48,555 nucleotides of DNA from Alphaproteobacteria bacterium (GCA_009782315.1 WRJH01000002.1:1-48555); one strand, 5' to 3'. Shown: positions 1-8,542, counted from the stretch's first letter. Notes: generated by a model from the sequence alone, not told the origin. Translations and numbers: made by a program.

Positions 1-528
1 GCCGGGCGGCTCGCCGCCCAGGTTTTTTTGGGGTCCGCCCGCCAATGCGCGCGCAATCGCGACGCGCTGGCGCATGCCGCCGGACAATTGCGTCGGAACA
101 TACCTTTCGAATTTTTCCAGTCCCACGGATTTCAGCATGTGCCGCGCCCGGCTCGCCCGCTCTTCGGTCGACATTCCGCGGTACATCAGGGGCAGCATGA
201 CATTGTCCAGAACCGTGCGCTTGGTAAGCAGATTAAAATTCTGGAACACAAACCCGATGTATTCGTTCCGCGCGGTGGCAAGTTCGTCCGCCGTCATATG
301 CATGACGTTGTTGCCGTAAAGTTCGTATACGCCCGTCGTCGGCACGTCCAACGCGCCGATTATGTTCATACAGGTGGATTTGCCGGACCCGGACGGCCCC
401 ATGATTGACACGAATTCGCCGGGCTTTATGTCGAACGACACGTCGAACAGGACGCGCGTCACGCCGCCCATTTCTTCGGGGAAATCTTTGTTGACTTTTT
501 TAAGGCTTACGACATTCACGGGTTTCAT
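1..528 (-). CDS. ABC transporter ATP-binding protein, MacB/LolD-like; C-terminal part runs off the window
   Basis: Hand translation of minus strand from ATG at 526-528: MKPVNVVSLKKVNKDF..GEFVSIMGPSGSGKST (Walker A)..FVFQNFNLL..QLSGGMRQRVAIARAL (ABC signature). It is absent from the ORF track because there is no stop in the window. Plus-strand ORFs 28-408 and 74-319 are its shadows. Confidence 0.85.
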   Translation of the reverse strand, partial: MKPVNVVSLKKVNKDFPEEMGGVTRVLFDVSFDIKPGEFVSIMGPSGSGKSTCMNIIGALDVPTTGVYELYGNNVMHMTADELATARNEYIGFVFQNFNLLTKRTVLDNVMLPLMYRGMSTEERASRARHMLKSVGLEKFERYVPTQLSGGMRQRVAIARALAGGPQKNLGGEPPG

Positions 529-595
529 AAATTGGATTATAGCATAAAAACCGGGAACAGATAACTGGAAAAATAGTAGGGAGTTTTTGAAAAAA

Positions 596-669
596 TGGAG
601 GCCTGGGTCGGAATCGAACCGGCATAAACGGATTTGCAGTCCGGTGCATAACCATTCTGCCACCAGGCC
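596..669 (-). tRNA. tRNA-Cys (anticodon GCA)
   Basis: Reverse complement reads GGCCTGGTGGCAGAATGGTTATGCACCGGACTGCAAATCCGTTTATGCCGGTTCGATTCCGACCCAGGCCTCCA. It has a 7-bp acceptor stem GGCCTGG/CCAGGCC, anticodon loop CTGCAAA, T-loop TTCGATT and an encoded CCA. Confidence 0.9.
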
Positions 670-727
670 ATTTTTCAAAATAAACAACTCTCGATTTTCA
701 GCCCGCGCTTCGCTTGGTGAAAATCGG

Positions 728-877
728 GGGTCGGATTGTTCGCTTTCGCTCACTACTCGTTATCGCGACCTTTGGTCGCTGCGCTCGTCTGCGCCTATGG
801 CTTGCCTCGCTTACTCGTATACGAACCGGCATAAACGGATTTGCAGGAAGGTAGCATAACCATTCTGCCACCAGGCC
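728..877 (-). pseudogene. Disrupted tRNA-Cys-like copy directly upstream of the intact tRNA-Cys
   Basis: Reverse complement of 822-877 matches the intact gene from position 1 through the T-loop TTCG, except for a scrambled anticodon stem (GCTACCTTCCTGCAAATCCG). About 84 nt of unrelated sequence follows (738-821). Then comes a T-arm remnant AATCCGACCC (728-737), with no matching 3' acceptor strand. Confidence 0.6.
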
Positions 878-888
878 ATCGCCACAGA

Positions 889-917
889 TTTCTATCAGAT
901 ATATTCGTTGTTTTCAA
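889..917 (-). promoter_or_regulatory. Candidate sigma70 promoter for the tRNA-Cys locus (TTGAAA-17-TAGAAA)
   Basis: Minus strand reads TTGAAA (917-912), a 17-nt spacer, then TAGAAA (894-889). The disrupted tRNA copy begins about 11 nt downstream of the -10. Confidence 0.35.
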
Positions 918-943
918 GCGAAAAACAAATTATACTTTTCGGT

Positions 944-2062
944 ATGATAAAAACCCTTACCATTTCCGATTTCCGCAATCACGAATCCAGCCGGATTATG
1001 GCGAACGTGGCCAAAGCCGTTATAATCACTGGGCCCAACGGCAGCGGCAAGACAAGTATTTTGGAAGCGATTTCAACATTATCCGCAGGGGCGGGACTGC
1101 GCGGGGCAAGCGTCGGCGAGTTGCTGCGCAACTCGCCGACGCAGAGCATAGAGCAGAGAGCAGAGAGCAGAGAATGGGGCGTTGTTGCGGAACTGGACGA
1201 CGATACGAATGTATCCGTATCGTGGCGCGATGGCGATACTTACAGGCGGGCGACCATTGACGGCGACGGCGCGCCGCTTTCCGATTTGGCAAAGGTTTTG
1301 CGGATGGTATGGGTGACGCCGCGGGAAGACCGATTGTTTTGCGACGGCGCGTCCGACCGGCGGGCGTTTTTCGACCGCCTGGCCGCGAATTTCGACCCGT
1401 CGCACATGGGGCGTGCGGCGCGGCTTTCCAAACTGTTGTCCGAACGGGCGTTTGCGTTGAAGTCGTGGCTTGCCGCACGTAGCCCGCAGGGCGAAGTGTG
1501 GATGGATGGAATCGACAAACAGATTGCGCAAACGGCGGTATCGGTCGCCGCCGCCCGTATAAAATACATCGGCGAAATAAATTATTTTCTGCAAGACGCG
1601 CGATATTCTTTAACCATTGCCGGATGTTTGGAAGAAAAACTGGCGGCGGGTATGGCGGCCGCGGATGCGGAACGCGAATATCTGGAATACTTGTCGGGCG
1701 CGCGGACGCTTTGCGGCGACAAGATGACCATAGACGGCGCGCACAAATCCGATTTTGTGATGTTTAACGGCATGCTGGGCATGAACGTCCAAATGACCAG
1801 CACGGGCCAGCAGAAATCCGCGCTGTTATCGCTGGTCATCGCGCATGCGAAACTGGTGCGGGCGCGCACGGGCGCGCGACCCGTCATATTGCTGGACGAA
1901 GCGGCGGCGCATCTGGATGTCGCCGCGCGGGAAAATTTGTTTGCCGAACTTGCCGCCGCGGATTCCCAAGTCTGGGCGACGGGAATCGACAAAGGCCTGT
2001 TCAACGGAATCGACGGTGCGGTATTTGTCGCTTGCGAAAACGGACGAATTGTTGAACAATAG
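944..2062 (+). CDS. recF: DNA replication and repair protein RecF
   Basis: ORF 908-2062. The likely start is ATG 944 (MIKTLTISDFRNHE). Walker A ITGPNGSGKTSILEAI; SMC-like signature STGQQKSALLSL; Walker B VILLDEAAAHLD. Confidence 0.85.
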   Translation: MIKTLTISDFRNHESSRIMANVAKAVIITGPNGSGKTSILEAISTLSAGAGLRGASVGELLRNSPTQSIEQRAESREWGVVAELDDDTNVSVSWRDGDTYRRATIDGDGAPLSDLAKVLRMVWVTPREDRLFCDGASDRRAFFDRLAANFDPSHMGRAARLSKLLSERAFALKSWLAARSPQGEVWMDGIDKQIAQTAVSVAAARIKYIGEINYFLQDARYSLTIAGCLEEKLAAGMAAADAEREYLEYLSGARTLCGDKMTIDGAHKSDFVMFNGMLGMNVQMTSTGQQKSALLSLVIAHAKLVRARTGARPVILLDEAAAHLDVAARENLFAELAAADSQVWATGIDKGLFNGIDGAVFVACENGRIVEQ

Positions 2063-2066
2063 AATC

Positions 2067-2525
2067 ATGGCAAAGAACATTGACTATCAACAGCTTTTGG
2101 AAAACGCGCTGCGCACCGTCGTGAAAGACGCGCTGACCCATGCGCAGTTCAATGGCCTGGGCGAAAATACCCATTTTTACATAACGTTCCGCACAAGAGA
2201 GCCGGGTGTGAATATCCCCGATTTTCTGCGCCTGCGCTATCCCGAAGTTATGACAATCGTTTTGCAGTATTCGTTTTCCAATCTGAACGTCACGGACAAG
2301 GAATTCGGCGTGACGCTGACATTCGACGGCCGGCCGTTCTATATACATATACCGTACGATGCGCTGGTCGAATTCAAGGACCCGTCCGTTGATTTCATGC
2401 TGCAATTCCAAAACCGCGGGCATAACGATTCCAGCAATGATTTAGAGCTTCCCCTGGCGCAGACGCCGGCCGAAGACAAGGGCAGGGTGGTCAGCCTGGA
2501 AGATTTCAAGAAAAATAAAAAATAG
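2067..2525 (+). CDS. sspB: ClpXP adaptor SspB-like protein (alphaproteobacterial type)
   Basis: Internal ATG of ORF 1845-2525, 2 nt after the recF stop. ALRTVVKDAL..HFYITFRTREPGVNIPDFLRLRYPEVMTIVLQYSF..VTLTFDG..FKDPSVDFMLQF matches the remembered SspB-family pattern. Confidence 0.7.
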   Translation: MAKNIDYQQLLENALRTVVKDALTHAQFNGLGENTHFYITFRTREPGVNIPDFLRLRYPEVMTIVLQYSFSNLNVTDKEFGVTLTFDGRPFYIHIPYDALVEFKDPSVDFMLQFQNRGHNDSSNDLELPLAQTPAEDKGRVVSLEDFKKNKK

Positions 2526-2578
2526 CCGGACGTATCCTGCATATGGTATAATGAAACCTGCAAAAAAAGGAGAAAAGT

Positions 2579-2761
2579 ATGAACAAACTTGTAAATTTGA
2601 TTATTACGCTGGGTGTGATTGCGGTTATCCTGTTCGCCGGATATTTCTTTGGCCAACTGGTTGCCGAACACACAAGCCTGGATGCGATGTTTTCCGCGAT
2701 GGCGGGTATTCTGGTCGGAATTGCCGGCGGATACTTTGTATTGCCAAAGATTGTGAAATAA
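2579..2761 (+). CDS. Small two-TM membrane protein, unknown function
   Basis: 60-aa ORF with RBS AAAGGAGAAAAGT-ATG and two hydrophobic helices. An extended -10 TGgTATAAT lies at 2544-2552, and a terminator follows. Confidence 0.55.
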   Translation: MNKLVNLIITLGVIAVILFAGYFFGQLVAEHTSLDAMFSAMAGILVGIAGGYFVLPKIVK

Positions 2762-2762
2762 G

Positions 2763-2787
2763 AAAACGCCGCTTTCGCGGCGTTTTT
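2763..2787. terminator. Bidirectional intrinsic terminator between the small membrane gene and accC
   Basis: AAAACGCCGC-TTTC-GCGGCGTTTTT: a GC stem flanked by an A-run and a T-run. Confidence 0.7.
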
Positions 2788-4132
2788 ACTTCTTTTCCAA
2801 AAACCTTTCCAGCCAATGGTTGTCGATTTTTAACGATTTGACGTCTTTATTGGCCAATAATTTCTTGTGCAGCGGAATCGTCGTTTTAACGCCTTCGATT
2901 GAAAATTCGTCCAGCGCCCGCGCGGAACGCAATATGCACGCCGCGCGCGTCGGCGCCCACACAATCAGCTTTGCAATCATGGAATCATAGGTCGGCGGAA
3001 TGCGCCAACCGTCGTACGCCGCGGAATCAACCCGCACGCCCAGCCCCCCCGGCGGTGAATACGCGGTAATCGTTCCGGCGTTCGGGACAAAGGTTTCCGG
3101 GTCTTCGGCGTTTATCCGGAATTCCATCGCATGCCCCACCGGTTTCAAATCCTTTTGCGTATATCCCAATTTTTCGCCCATTGCTATGCGTATCTGTTCG
3201 TGCACCAAATCAACATTGTACACCATTTCGGTGACGGGGTGTTCGACTTGCAGCCGGGTGTTCATTTCCAGGAAATAAAACAGGCCGTCCTGGAACATGA
3301 ATTCCATCGTTCCCGCGTTCACGTATCCCATTTGTTTCGCGGCCTTTTGGCATATATCAATCATTTCCTTGCGCGTGCCGGGTTCAATCGACGCGGCGGG
3401 GCATTCTTCCATGACTTTCTGGTGCTTGCGCTGCAAAGTGCAGTCGCGTTCGCCGAATATCACGACGTTGCCGTGGGTGTCGCCCAGAACCTGAAACTCT
3501 ATATGTTGCGGTGTTTCAAGCAGCTTTTCCATATACAGCGTGTCGTCGCCGAAACCGTTTGCCGCCTCTGCCCGGGTCATTTGGAACGCGTCCGCCATTT
3601 CCGCCGCCGCATAAACCCGCCGCATGCCCTTGCCGCCGCCGCCGGCGGATGCCTTTAATATCACGGGATACCCGGTTTTTTCCGCCCATTCCAACGCGGA
3701 TTCGACCGAATCAACGGAACCGCTTGACCCCGGAACCACGGGCAGACCGCATTGTTCGGCCGTTTTTTTCGCGGCGACTTTATCGCCCATGCGGCGTATC
3801 GTATCGGCGTCCGGACCAATCCATATCAGTTTGTGTATGACGACCTTGTCGACAAAATCGGCGCGTTCGGACAGGAATCCGTAACCCGGGTGAATAGCGT
3901 CCGCATTGGTAAGCAGCGCGGCGGTAAGTATCGCCGATTCGTTAAGGTACGATTCGCGCGCCGGCGCCGGCCCTATGCATACCGATTCGTCCGCCAATTT
4001 CACATGCAAAGAATCTTTGTCCGCGGTCGAATACACGGCGACCGAACGTATTCCCATGTCGCGGCACGCGCGTATTATGCGCAGGGCGATTTCCCCGCGG
4101 TTGGCAATTAAAATCTTTTTTATGGATGGCAT
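2786..4132 (-). CDS. accC: Acetyl-CoA carboxylase biotin carboxylase subunit
   Basis: 448 aa. MPSIKKILIANRGEIALRIIRAC, ATP-grasp glycine loop KASAGGGGKGMR, EMNTRLQVEHPVTE. Confidence 0.95.
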   Translation of the reverse strand: MPSIKKILIANRGEIALRIIRACRDMGIRSVAVYSTADKDSLHVKLADESVCIGPAPARESYLNESAILTAALLTNADAIHPGYGFLSERADFVDKVVIHKLIWIGPDADTIRRMGDKVAAKKTAEQCGLPVVPGSSGSVDSVESALEWAEKTGYPVILKASAGGGGKGMRRVYAAAEMADAFQMTRAEAANGFGDDTLYMEKLLETPQHIEFQVLGDTHGNVVIFGERDCTLQRKHQKVMEECPAASIEPGTRKEMIDICQKAAKQMGYVNAGTMEFMFQDGLFYFLEMNTRLQVEHPVTEMVYNVDLVHEQIRIAMGEKLGYTQKDLKPVGHAMEFRINAEDPETFVPNAGTITAYSPPGGLGVRVDSAAYDGWRIPPTYDSMIAKLIVWAPTRAACILRSARALDEFSIEGVKTTIPLHKKLLANKDVKSLKIDNHWLERFLEKK

Positions 4133-4138
4133 GGTTTT

Positions 4139-4231
4139 AGAGGTATGAGGTAAGAGGTATGAGGTAAGAAGTATTTAGAGTTGATTTGCTCTATACCTTT
4201 TACCTAATACCTAATACCTCATACCTTCCTC
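4139..4231. repeat. Inverted pair of 7-nt-period arrays (GAGGTAT/GAGGTAA vs TACCTAA/TACCTCA) between accB and accC
   Basis: Left arm gaggtat gaggtaa gaggtat gaggtaa gaagtat. Right arm ataccttt tacctaa tacctaa tacctca taccttc. The arms are mutually complementary. Confidence 0.85.
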
Positions 4232-4233
4232 TA

Positions 4234-4683
4234 TTATTCTACCAACATAAGCGGCTGGTCGAATTCGACCGCCTGGCCGTCTTTGATGTATATCTCTTTG
4301 ACCGTGCCGCTTTTTTCGGCCTTTACCGGATTGAACGTCTTCATCGCTTCGATAAGCGCAAGCGTGTCGCCGGCGCCCACAGTCTGGCCGACCTTTACAA
4401 ACACCGCCGCGCCCGGTTCCGGCGCAAGATACGCAACGCCGACCATTGGAGATTTAACCGCGTTCGCAAAATCCAACGGCACCGCGCATTCGGTCGGCAT
4501 GCCGGCGGAATTGCCAGGCGAATAATGCGCGGACGCGCCCGCGGAAACGATATTTTTTTGTTTTGAAAGGTGTATTTCCTTGCGGAATATTCCGAACAGG
4601 AAGGATGTTTCAACCTTGAATTCCGTCAATCCCATTTTATCCATCATGTGGGACATTTGCTCTATCTTACTATAAGATGACAT
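4234..4683 (-). CDS. accB: Acetyl-CoA carboxylase biotin carboxyl carrier protein
   Basis: Internal ATG 4683 of ORF 4234-4878 (MSSYSKIEQ, RBS AGGAA). Biotinylation motif IEAMKT and C-terminal lipoyl-like fold sequence. It lies upstream of accC. Confidence 0.9.
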   Translation of the reverse strand: MSSYSKIEQMSHMMDKMGLTEFKVETSFLFGIFRKEIHLSKQKNIVSAGASAHYSPGNSAGMPTECAVPLDFANAVKSPMVGVAYLAPEPGAAVFVKVGQTVGAGDTLALIEAMKTFNPVKAEKSGTVKEIYIKDGQAVEFDQPLMLVE

Positions 4684-4765
4684 AAAGGTTCCTTTTTGTA
4701 TTCTCTCTGGCGCTTTTTCGCCGAATGTGAAAGATTGTATCATGGAAATATGGGTTGTCAAGCGC

Positions 4766-4981
4766 CTATGGCACGGGGTCGTATCCCCCGCCCCCGCCCG
4801 GGCGGCATCTTGCAATCCGGCGCAAAGCCATGGCGCCGCCGCGAAGGGCCCCGTATTTTTCAATCGCCCCCTTTGCATATTCGCTGCACGTCGGGGTAAA
4901 CCGGCACGCCGCCCGCCCGCCGATGATGGGAGAGATTAAATTCTGGTAAGCGCGGATAAGATAAAGGGCGAAGTGTTTCAT
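4766..4981 (-). CDS. yidD: Membrane protein insertion efficiency factor YidD
   Basis: 71 aa. YQNLISP..CRFTPTCSEYA..A..KYG..G...A..RI.RC.P is the conserved YidD pattern. Confidence 0.9.
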   Translation of the reverse strand: MKHFALYLIRAYQNLISPIIGGRAACRFTPTCSEYAKGAIEKYGALRGGAMALRRIARCRPGGGGGYDPVP

Positions 4982-4984
4982 TTT

Positions 4985-5046
4985 AACTGAGAGCTGAGAA
5001 CTGATATCTGAGAACTGGTTATCAGCTTTCAGTTCTCAGTTTTCAA
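4985..5046. repeat. Inverted pair of 7-nt-period arrays (CTGAGAA family) between rnpA and yidD
   Basis: aactgag agctgag aactgat atctgag aactgg / ttatcag ctttcag ttctcag ttttcaa. The right arm encodes the last residues (KTEN-stop) of RnpA. Confidence 0.8.
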
Positions 5047-5361
5047 TTTCTTCATCGCCGTTCGCATCAGATTTTGCGCCAATGTAAAATCGGCGTCCAG
5101 AATCCGCGCGCGGACGATGAATATGTAATCCAAATCCGGCGACATGTATTTTTCGCATCCGCGTATCCATACGCGCAGCATGCGCTTGCCGCGATTGCGG
5201 TCCACCGCGCGGCGAAGGGTCTTTTTTGTGGATTTTATTCCGTATTTCGCGTCGCCCGGCCAGCGCGTCGGTCGCGCGCGCGCGATAAAGAATTCCGTCC
5301 GAAACGTGGGGTCGTTGTCGGACAATTCGAAATCTTTGTATTTTTTTATAACCGTTCTCAT
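5029..5361 (-). CDS. rnpA: Ribonuclease P protein component
   Basis: 110 aa, basic. RRAVDRNRGKRMLR (RNR-type motif). It lies directly upstream of yidD as in the common rnpA-yidD arrangement. Confidence 0.85.
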   Translation of the reverse strand: MRTVIKKYKDFELSDNDPTFRTEFFIARARPTRWPGDAKYGIKSTKKTLRRAVDRNRGKRMLRVWIRGCEKYMSPDLDYIFIVRARILDADFTLAQNLMRTAMKKLKTEN

Positions 5362-5456
5362 ACGCTGAATGGTATCAGAAAAAATGCCAAGTGCAAATTT
5401 TGTATTTACTTTTGGTTTTTATGATATAATATGAAGACCCGAGAGAGAGAGAACCG

Positions 5457-6776
5457 TTGAAAAAATTAATCATTGCATTGCTTTTTATGCCGTTCGCCGC
5501 AAATGCCGCGGATGATTGCAATACGCGCAAAACCGTGCCATCCGACCCCCAGACTTTACAGGAAATCGTAGAGATGGGCCTGTGCCGCAATCCGAACACG
5601 GCGGCGTCATATTTGGCGGCCAAGCAATCGCGCATGAATAGAAACGCAGGATTCGCCCCCTATCTGCCCGATGTATCCGCATCGGCGTCGGTGTCGCGAA
5701 GATATGCGACGGAGACCTGGTCCGACAATATGACGTCGACCGGCCTTTCGGCGTCCTGGCTGATATTCGATTTCGGAAAGCGCGAATCGGATTTCGGCAA
5801 TCTGAACGCTTCTTTTCGCGCGGCCAATCTTGATTACAACAATACCGTTCAGAATTACATATACGAACTGGTCGCGGCGTATTACGGAATGCTGTCGTCC
5901 GATGCCGAAATTACGGCGGCGAAAGAACTGGTCACCGTCGCCCGCGGCGCAAAGCAGACGGCGGATACGAAATTCAAGGCCGGAACCGTGGCGCGCGCGG
6001 ACGTCCTGCGCGCGGACACCAATATGGCGGCCCGCGAATTGGAATTACAGCGCGCGACCGGAAACGGACAAATCGCGCGCGGACGGATATTGTTCCTGTT
6101 ATCGTTCCCCCAGGACCAGGAACTGCAAATAACAGACATGCCCATAGAATTCGGCAGCGCGGCCGAAATGAAAAATGTCGAAGAATTAATCGAAAGGGCA
6201 AAGCGCCAGCGGCCGGACTTGCTGTCCGCCGAAGCGTCGGCATCCGCCGCATGGCATCGGCGCAATGCCGCTTTCCTTCGTAATCTGCCGTCCATATCCG
6301 CCAACGGCAACCTTTCGTACGACCCGACAAAGAATTACGACCAATACGGCGCGGGCCCGGATTATAAATTCGACGGCAGCACTATCGGCATCCGCGCCAG
6401 CATGCCTATATTCGCAGGATTCGCGAATATGAACAACATCCGCGCGACCCAGGCGGCGTATGAACGCGCGAACGAATTGGCGCGTGCCCGCGAAGATACC
6501 GTCGCTATGGATATATGGACGGCATACCAGAATTACCAGACCGCGCAGAAAGTTTTGGTCCAGACGGGCGCTCTTTTGAAATCCGCGACGGAATCCGAAC
6601 GCGTTGTCGCCGGAATGTACAAAGTCGGCCGGGCGACCATGCTGGATTGGCAGACGGCCCAGGCGGATTTGGCCAGCGCGCGCCGCCAGGATATCACGGC
6701 GCGGTACGATTTATATGTAAAGCGTGCCAGCATGGCCCTGGCATTGGGCGAATTGCGAGAAAATCTGAAAAATTAA
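5457..6776 (+). CDS. TolC-family outer membrane efflux protein
   Basis: 439 aa, TTG start, signal peptide MKKLIIALLFMPFAANA. It has two-repeat OEP-like coiled-coil composition. A membrane fusion protein gene follows 15 nt later. Confidence 0.8.
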   Translation: MKKLIIALLFMPFAANAADDCNTRKTVPSDPQTLQEIVEMGLCRNPNTAASYLAAKQSRMNRNAGFAPYLPDVSASASVSRRYATETWSDNMTSTGLSASWLIFDFGKRESDFGNLNASFRAANLDYNNTVQNYIYELVAAYYGMLSSDAEITAAKELVTVARGAKQTADTKFKAGTVARADVLRADTNMAARELELQRATGNGQIARGRILFLLSFPQDQELQITDMPIEFGSAAEMKNVEELIERAKRQRPDLLSAEASASAAWHRRNAAFLRNLPSISANGNLSYDPTKNYDQYGAGPDYKFDGSTIGIRASMPIFAGFANMNNIRATQAAYERANELARAREDTVAMDIWTAYQNYQTAQKVLVQTGALLKSATESERVVAGMYKVGRATMLDWQTAQADLASARRQDITARYDLYVKRASMALALGELRENLKN

Positions 6777-6791
6777 AAACCGGGGTAAGAC

Positions 6792-8051
6792 ATGAAAAAG
6801 ATTAAACAAACCAGACCGAACAGGTTTTTGGAATTTATAAAAAGACCTTTCCGTTTTATATGGCGGAACAAATGGAAGACGTTTTTGCTGCTGGTCATCA
6901 TCGGCGGCGCGTTCTATTTTACTCACCGGCCCAGGACAAATAACGACAATTTTATAACAACGCCGATTACCCGCGGCAACCTGAAACAGGTCGTTACCGC
7001 GACCGGTGAAATCCGCCCGCTGAACACCATCAAAGTCGGGTCCCAGGTTTCCGGAATAATCGAAGAGATTTACGTCGATTTCAACGACAAGGTTAAAAAA
7101 GACCAGGTTCTGTTGCGCATCGACCCATCCGTTTTACAGGCTACGGTCAACGAATCAAAGGCCGCGCTGGATTCCGCCATTGTCACGCGTAATTTTGACC
7201 GCGCGGAAATGGGCCGGTCGCAGACATTGTTCAAACAGGGATTCATCGCGCGTTCCGAAATGGAACAGGCCGAAACAAGATTCAAAACATCCGAAGAATC
7301 TGTCCGCCGCGCACAGTCGCAATACGACCGCGCCGTAACCAATTTGAACTTTGCGACCATAACGTCGCCGGTCGACGGCACCGTGATTTCGCGACGCGTG
7401 GACCGCGGCCAGACCGTCGCCGCTTCGTTCCAGGCGCCCGACCTGTTTGAAATCGCCGAAGACCTGTCCCAGATGCGTATCGAAACATCGGTGTCCGAGG
7501 CTGACATAGGCGTGATAAAAGAAGGACAGAACGTGACGTTCACCGTCGACGCATATCCGTCCCAGGTGTTCGACGGAATCGTGCGACAAATCCGCCTGTC
7601 GCCATCCACTGTATCAAACGTTGTTATATACACAACAATCATCGACGTGGACAACAGCGATTTACGCCTGATGCCGGGGATGACCGCCTTTGTGACCATT
7701 GCGGTTGCCGAAAAGGAAGACGTTTGGAAAGCGCTTAATTCCGCGTTCCTGGTCCGCAATTTCAACGGTGTATACGATGACCCTTGCATAAAATCCGGCG
7801 ATTGCACACCGCGCAATACGTTATTGATTGAACGCGGTGGAAATGTCGTTCTGGTGCCGTACAAACGCGGCCTGGTCACGGCGACCGAAACCGAAATAGT
7901 TGTGGAAAATCAGGACATGCTGAAAGAGGGCGATAAAATCATAACCGGCAAGGTCGGCGTCGCGCGCGGTAACGCGACCGGCGGCCAGATTGGGCAGCGC
8001 GGCGGCATGGGCGGTGGCGGCGGTGGTATGGGCGGCGGCGGACGCAGATAA
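6792..8051 (+). CDS. HlyD/MacA-family periplasmic adaptor (membrane fusion protein) with Gly-rich tail
   Basis: 419 aa with an N-terminal TM anchor. Coiled-coil hairpin region; FATITSPVDGTVISRRVDRGQTV lipoyl-like motif. C-terminus GGMGGGGGGMGGGGRR. Confidence 0.8.
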   Translation: MKKIKQTRPNRFLEFIKRPFRFIWRNKWKTFLLLVIIGGAFYFTHRPRTNNDNFITTPITRGNLKQVVTATGEIRPLNTIKVGSQVSGIIEEIYVDFNDKVKKDQVLLRIDPSVLQATVNESKAALDSAIVTRNFDRAEMGRSQTLFKQGFIARSEMEQAETRFKTSEESVRRAQSQYDRAVTNLNFATITSPVDGTVISRRVDRGQTVAASFQAPDLFEIAEDLSQMRIETSVSEADIGVIKEGQNVTFTVDAYPSQVFDGIVRQIRLSPSTVSNVVIYTTIIDVDNSDLRLMPGMTAFVTIAVAEKEDVWKALNSAFLVRNFNGVYDDPCIKSGDCTPRNTLLIERGGNVVLVPYKRGLVTATETEIVVENQDMLKEGDKIITGKVGVARGNATGGQIGQRGGMGGGGGGMGGGGRR

Positions 8052-8077
8052 AAAAGCCGGCCTTTGGCCGGTTTTTT
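8050..8077 (+). terminator. Intrinsic terminator after the adaptor gene
   Basis: AAAAAAGCCGGCC-TTT-GGCCGGTTTTTT. Confidence 0.75.
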
Positions 8078-8103
8078 CAACTAACAGCTAGCAACTAACA
8101 ACT
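8078..8103. repeat. 7-nt-period array (CAACTAA family), left arm of a distant inverted pair
   Basis: caactaa cagctag caactaa caact. It is complementary (24 of 26) to the array at 8571-8607. Confidence 0.8.
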
Positions 8104-8298
8104 TTTTTGATGTTTTCGGGCATTTATTTTATCGTCGATTTCTTTTAATTCGGCTTTCTTTTCCAACGCGTCGATTTTCACCATAATGCGGAACATTTCT
8201 TCGGCCAGCAATCGCCATATATCGTCCCGGATTTTTTTGTTTTTTATAATATACGAAACCGCCCGTGTTATTATTTCGTCTTTTTCTGTTTCGGTCAT
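8095..8298 (-). CDS. Small hypothetical protein (67 aa, charged, helical)
   Basis: ORF with RBS ACAGGAGAAAATC-ATG. I recognise no family. It lies downstream of a promoter-leader-terminator unit. Confidence 0.45.
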   Translation of the reverse strand: MTETEKDEIITRAVSYIIKNKKIRDDIWRLLAEEMFRIMVKIDALEKKAELKEIDDKINARKHQKSC

Positions 8299-8314
8299 GA
8301 TTTTCTCCTGTCTT

Positions 8315-8362
8315 GTAGGGACGTGCTGTGCCCGCCCCGGAGCGTATGCAATACGCCCCTAC
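8315..8362. repeat. GTAG-headed REP-like palindrome doublet
   Basis: gtagggacgtgctgtgcccgcc..ggagcgtatgcaatacgcccctac. Both ends read GTAGGG inward, which is the classical REP head tetranucleotide GTAG followed by a GC-rich palindrome. Confidence 0.5.
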
Positions 8363-8370
8363 GAATCAAC

Positions 8371-8536
8371 AAAAAAGCCATCTTGAAAAAGATGGCAGGA
8401 GGTTAGAAACAATGTAACTAATTGTGCGGCTTATTCGATATATTCACCGCCCTCCTGCCTGATGACAGGAGGCTTTGACGCAAGTCCCAGCGAGTTACGA
8501 GGTTTCTACACCTCAATGCCGGAATACCCGGACATC
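8371..8536 (-). ncRNA. Candidate structured leader/ncRNA with terminator-antiterminator architecture
   Basis: It is bounded by a near-consensus promoter (8543-8571) and a terminator GCCATCTT-TTTCA-AGATGGC plus T6 (8396-8371 on the minus strand). Internal helices: ACCGCC/GGCGGT, CCGG-GUAUU-CCGG, GAGGU-GUAGAAA-CCUC, CCUCCUG-UCAUCAGG-CAGGAGG. The GGCAGGAGG strand can alternatively pair with CCUCCUGCC, which overlaps the terminator stem. Confidence 0.45.
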
Positions 8537-8542
8537 GGCGGT

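Noticed and set aside
28-408. Plus-strand ORFs 28-408, 74-319 and 362-547
   Set aside because: They are antisense shadows of a clear ABC ATPase gene on the minus strand, which has Walker A and LSGG signature in frame. Their translations are Arg/His-rich and motif-free.
5362-5456. Expected rpmH (L34) upstream of rnpA
   Set aside because: No short Arg/Lys-rich ORF is present in the 95-nt gap. The region instead holds the divergent TolC-gene promoter (TGaTATAAT).
8371-8536. Known housekeeping RNA (SRP/4.5S, 6S, tmRNA, RNase P) at the promoter-terminator unit
   Set aside because: I could not find the SRP domain IV GGAA tetraloop and AGCA motif, a tmRNA tag reading frame, or RNase P-sized conserved regions. 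The size and switch-like alternative pairing fit a cis-acting leader better. An Rfam scan is still needed.
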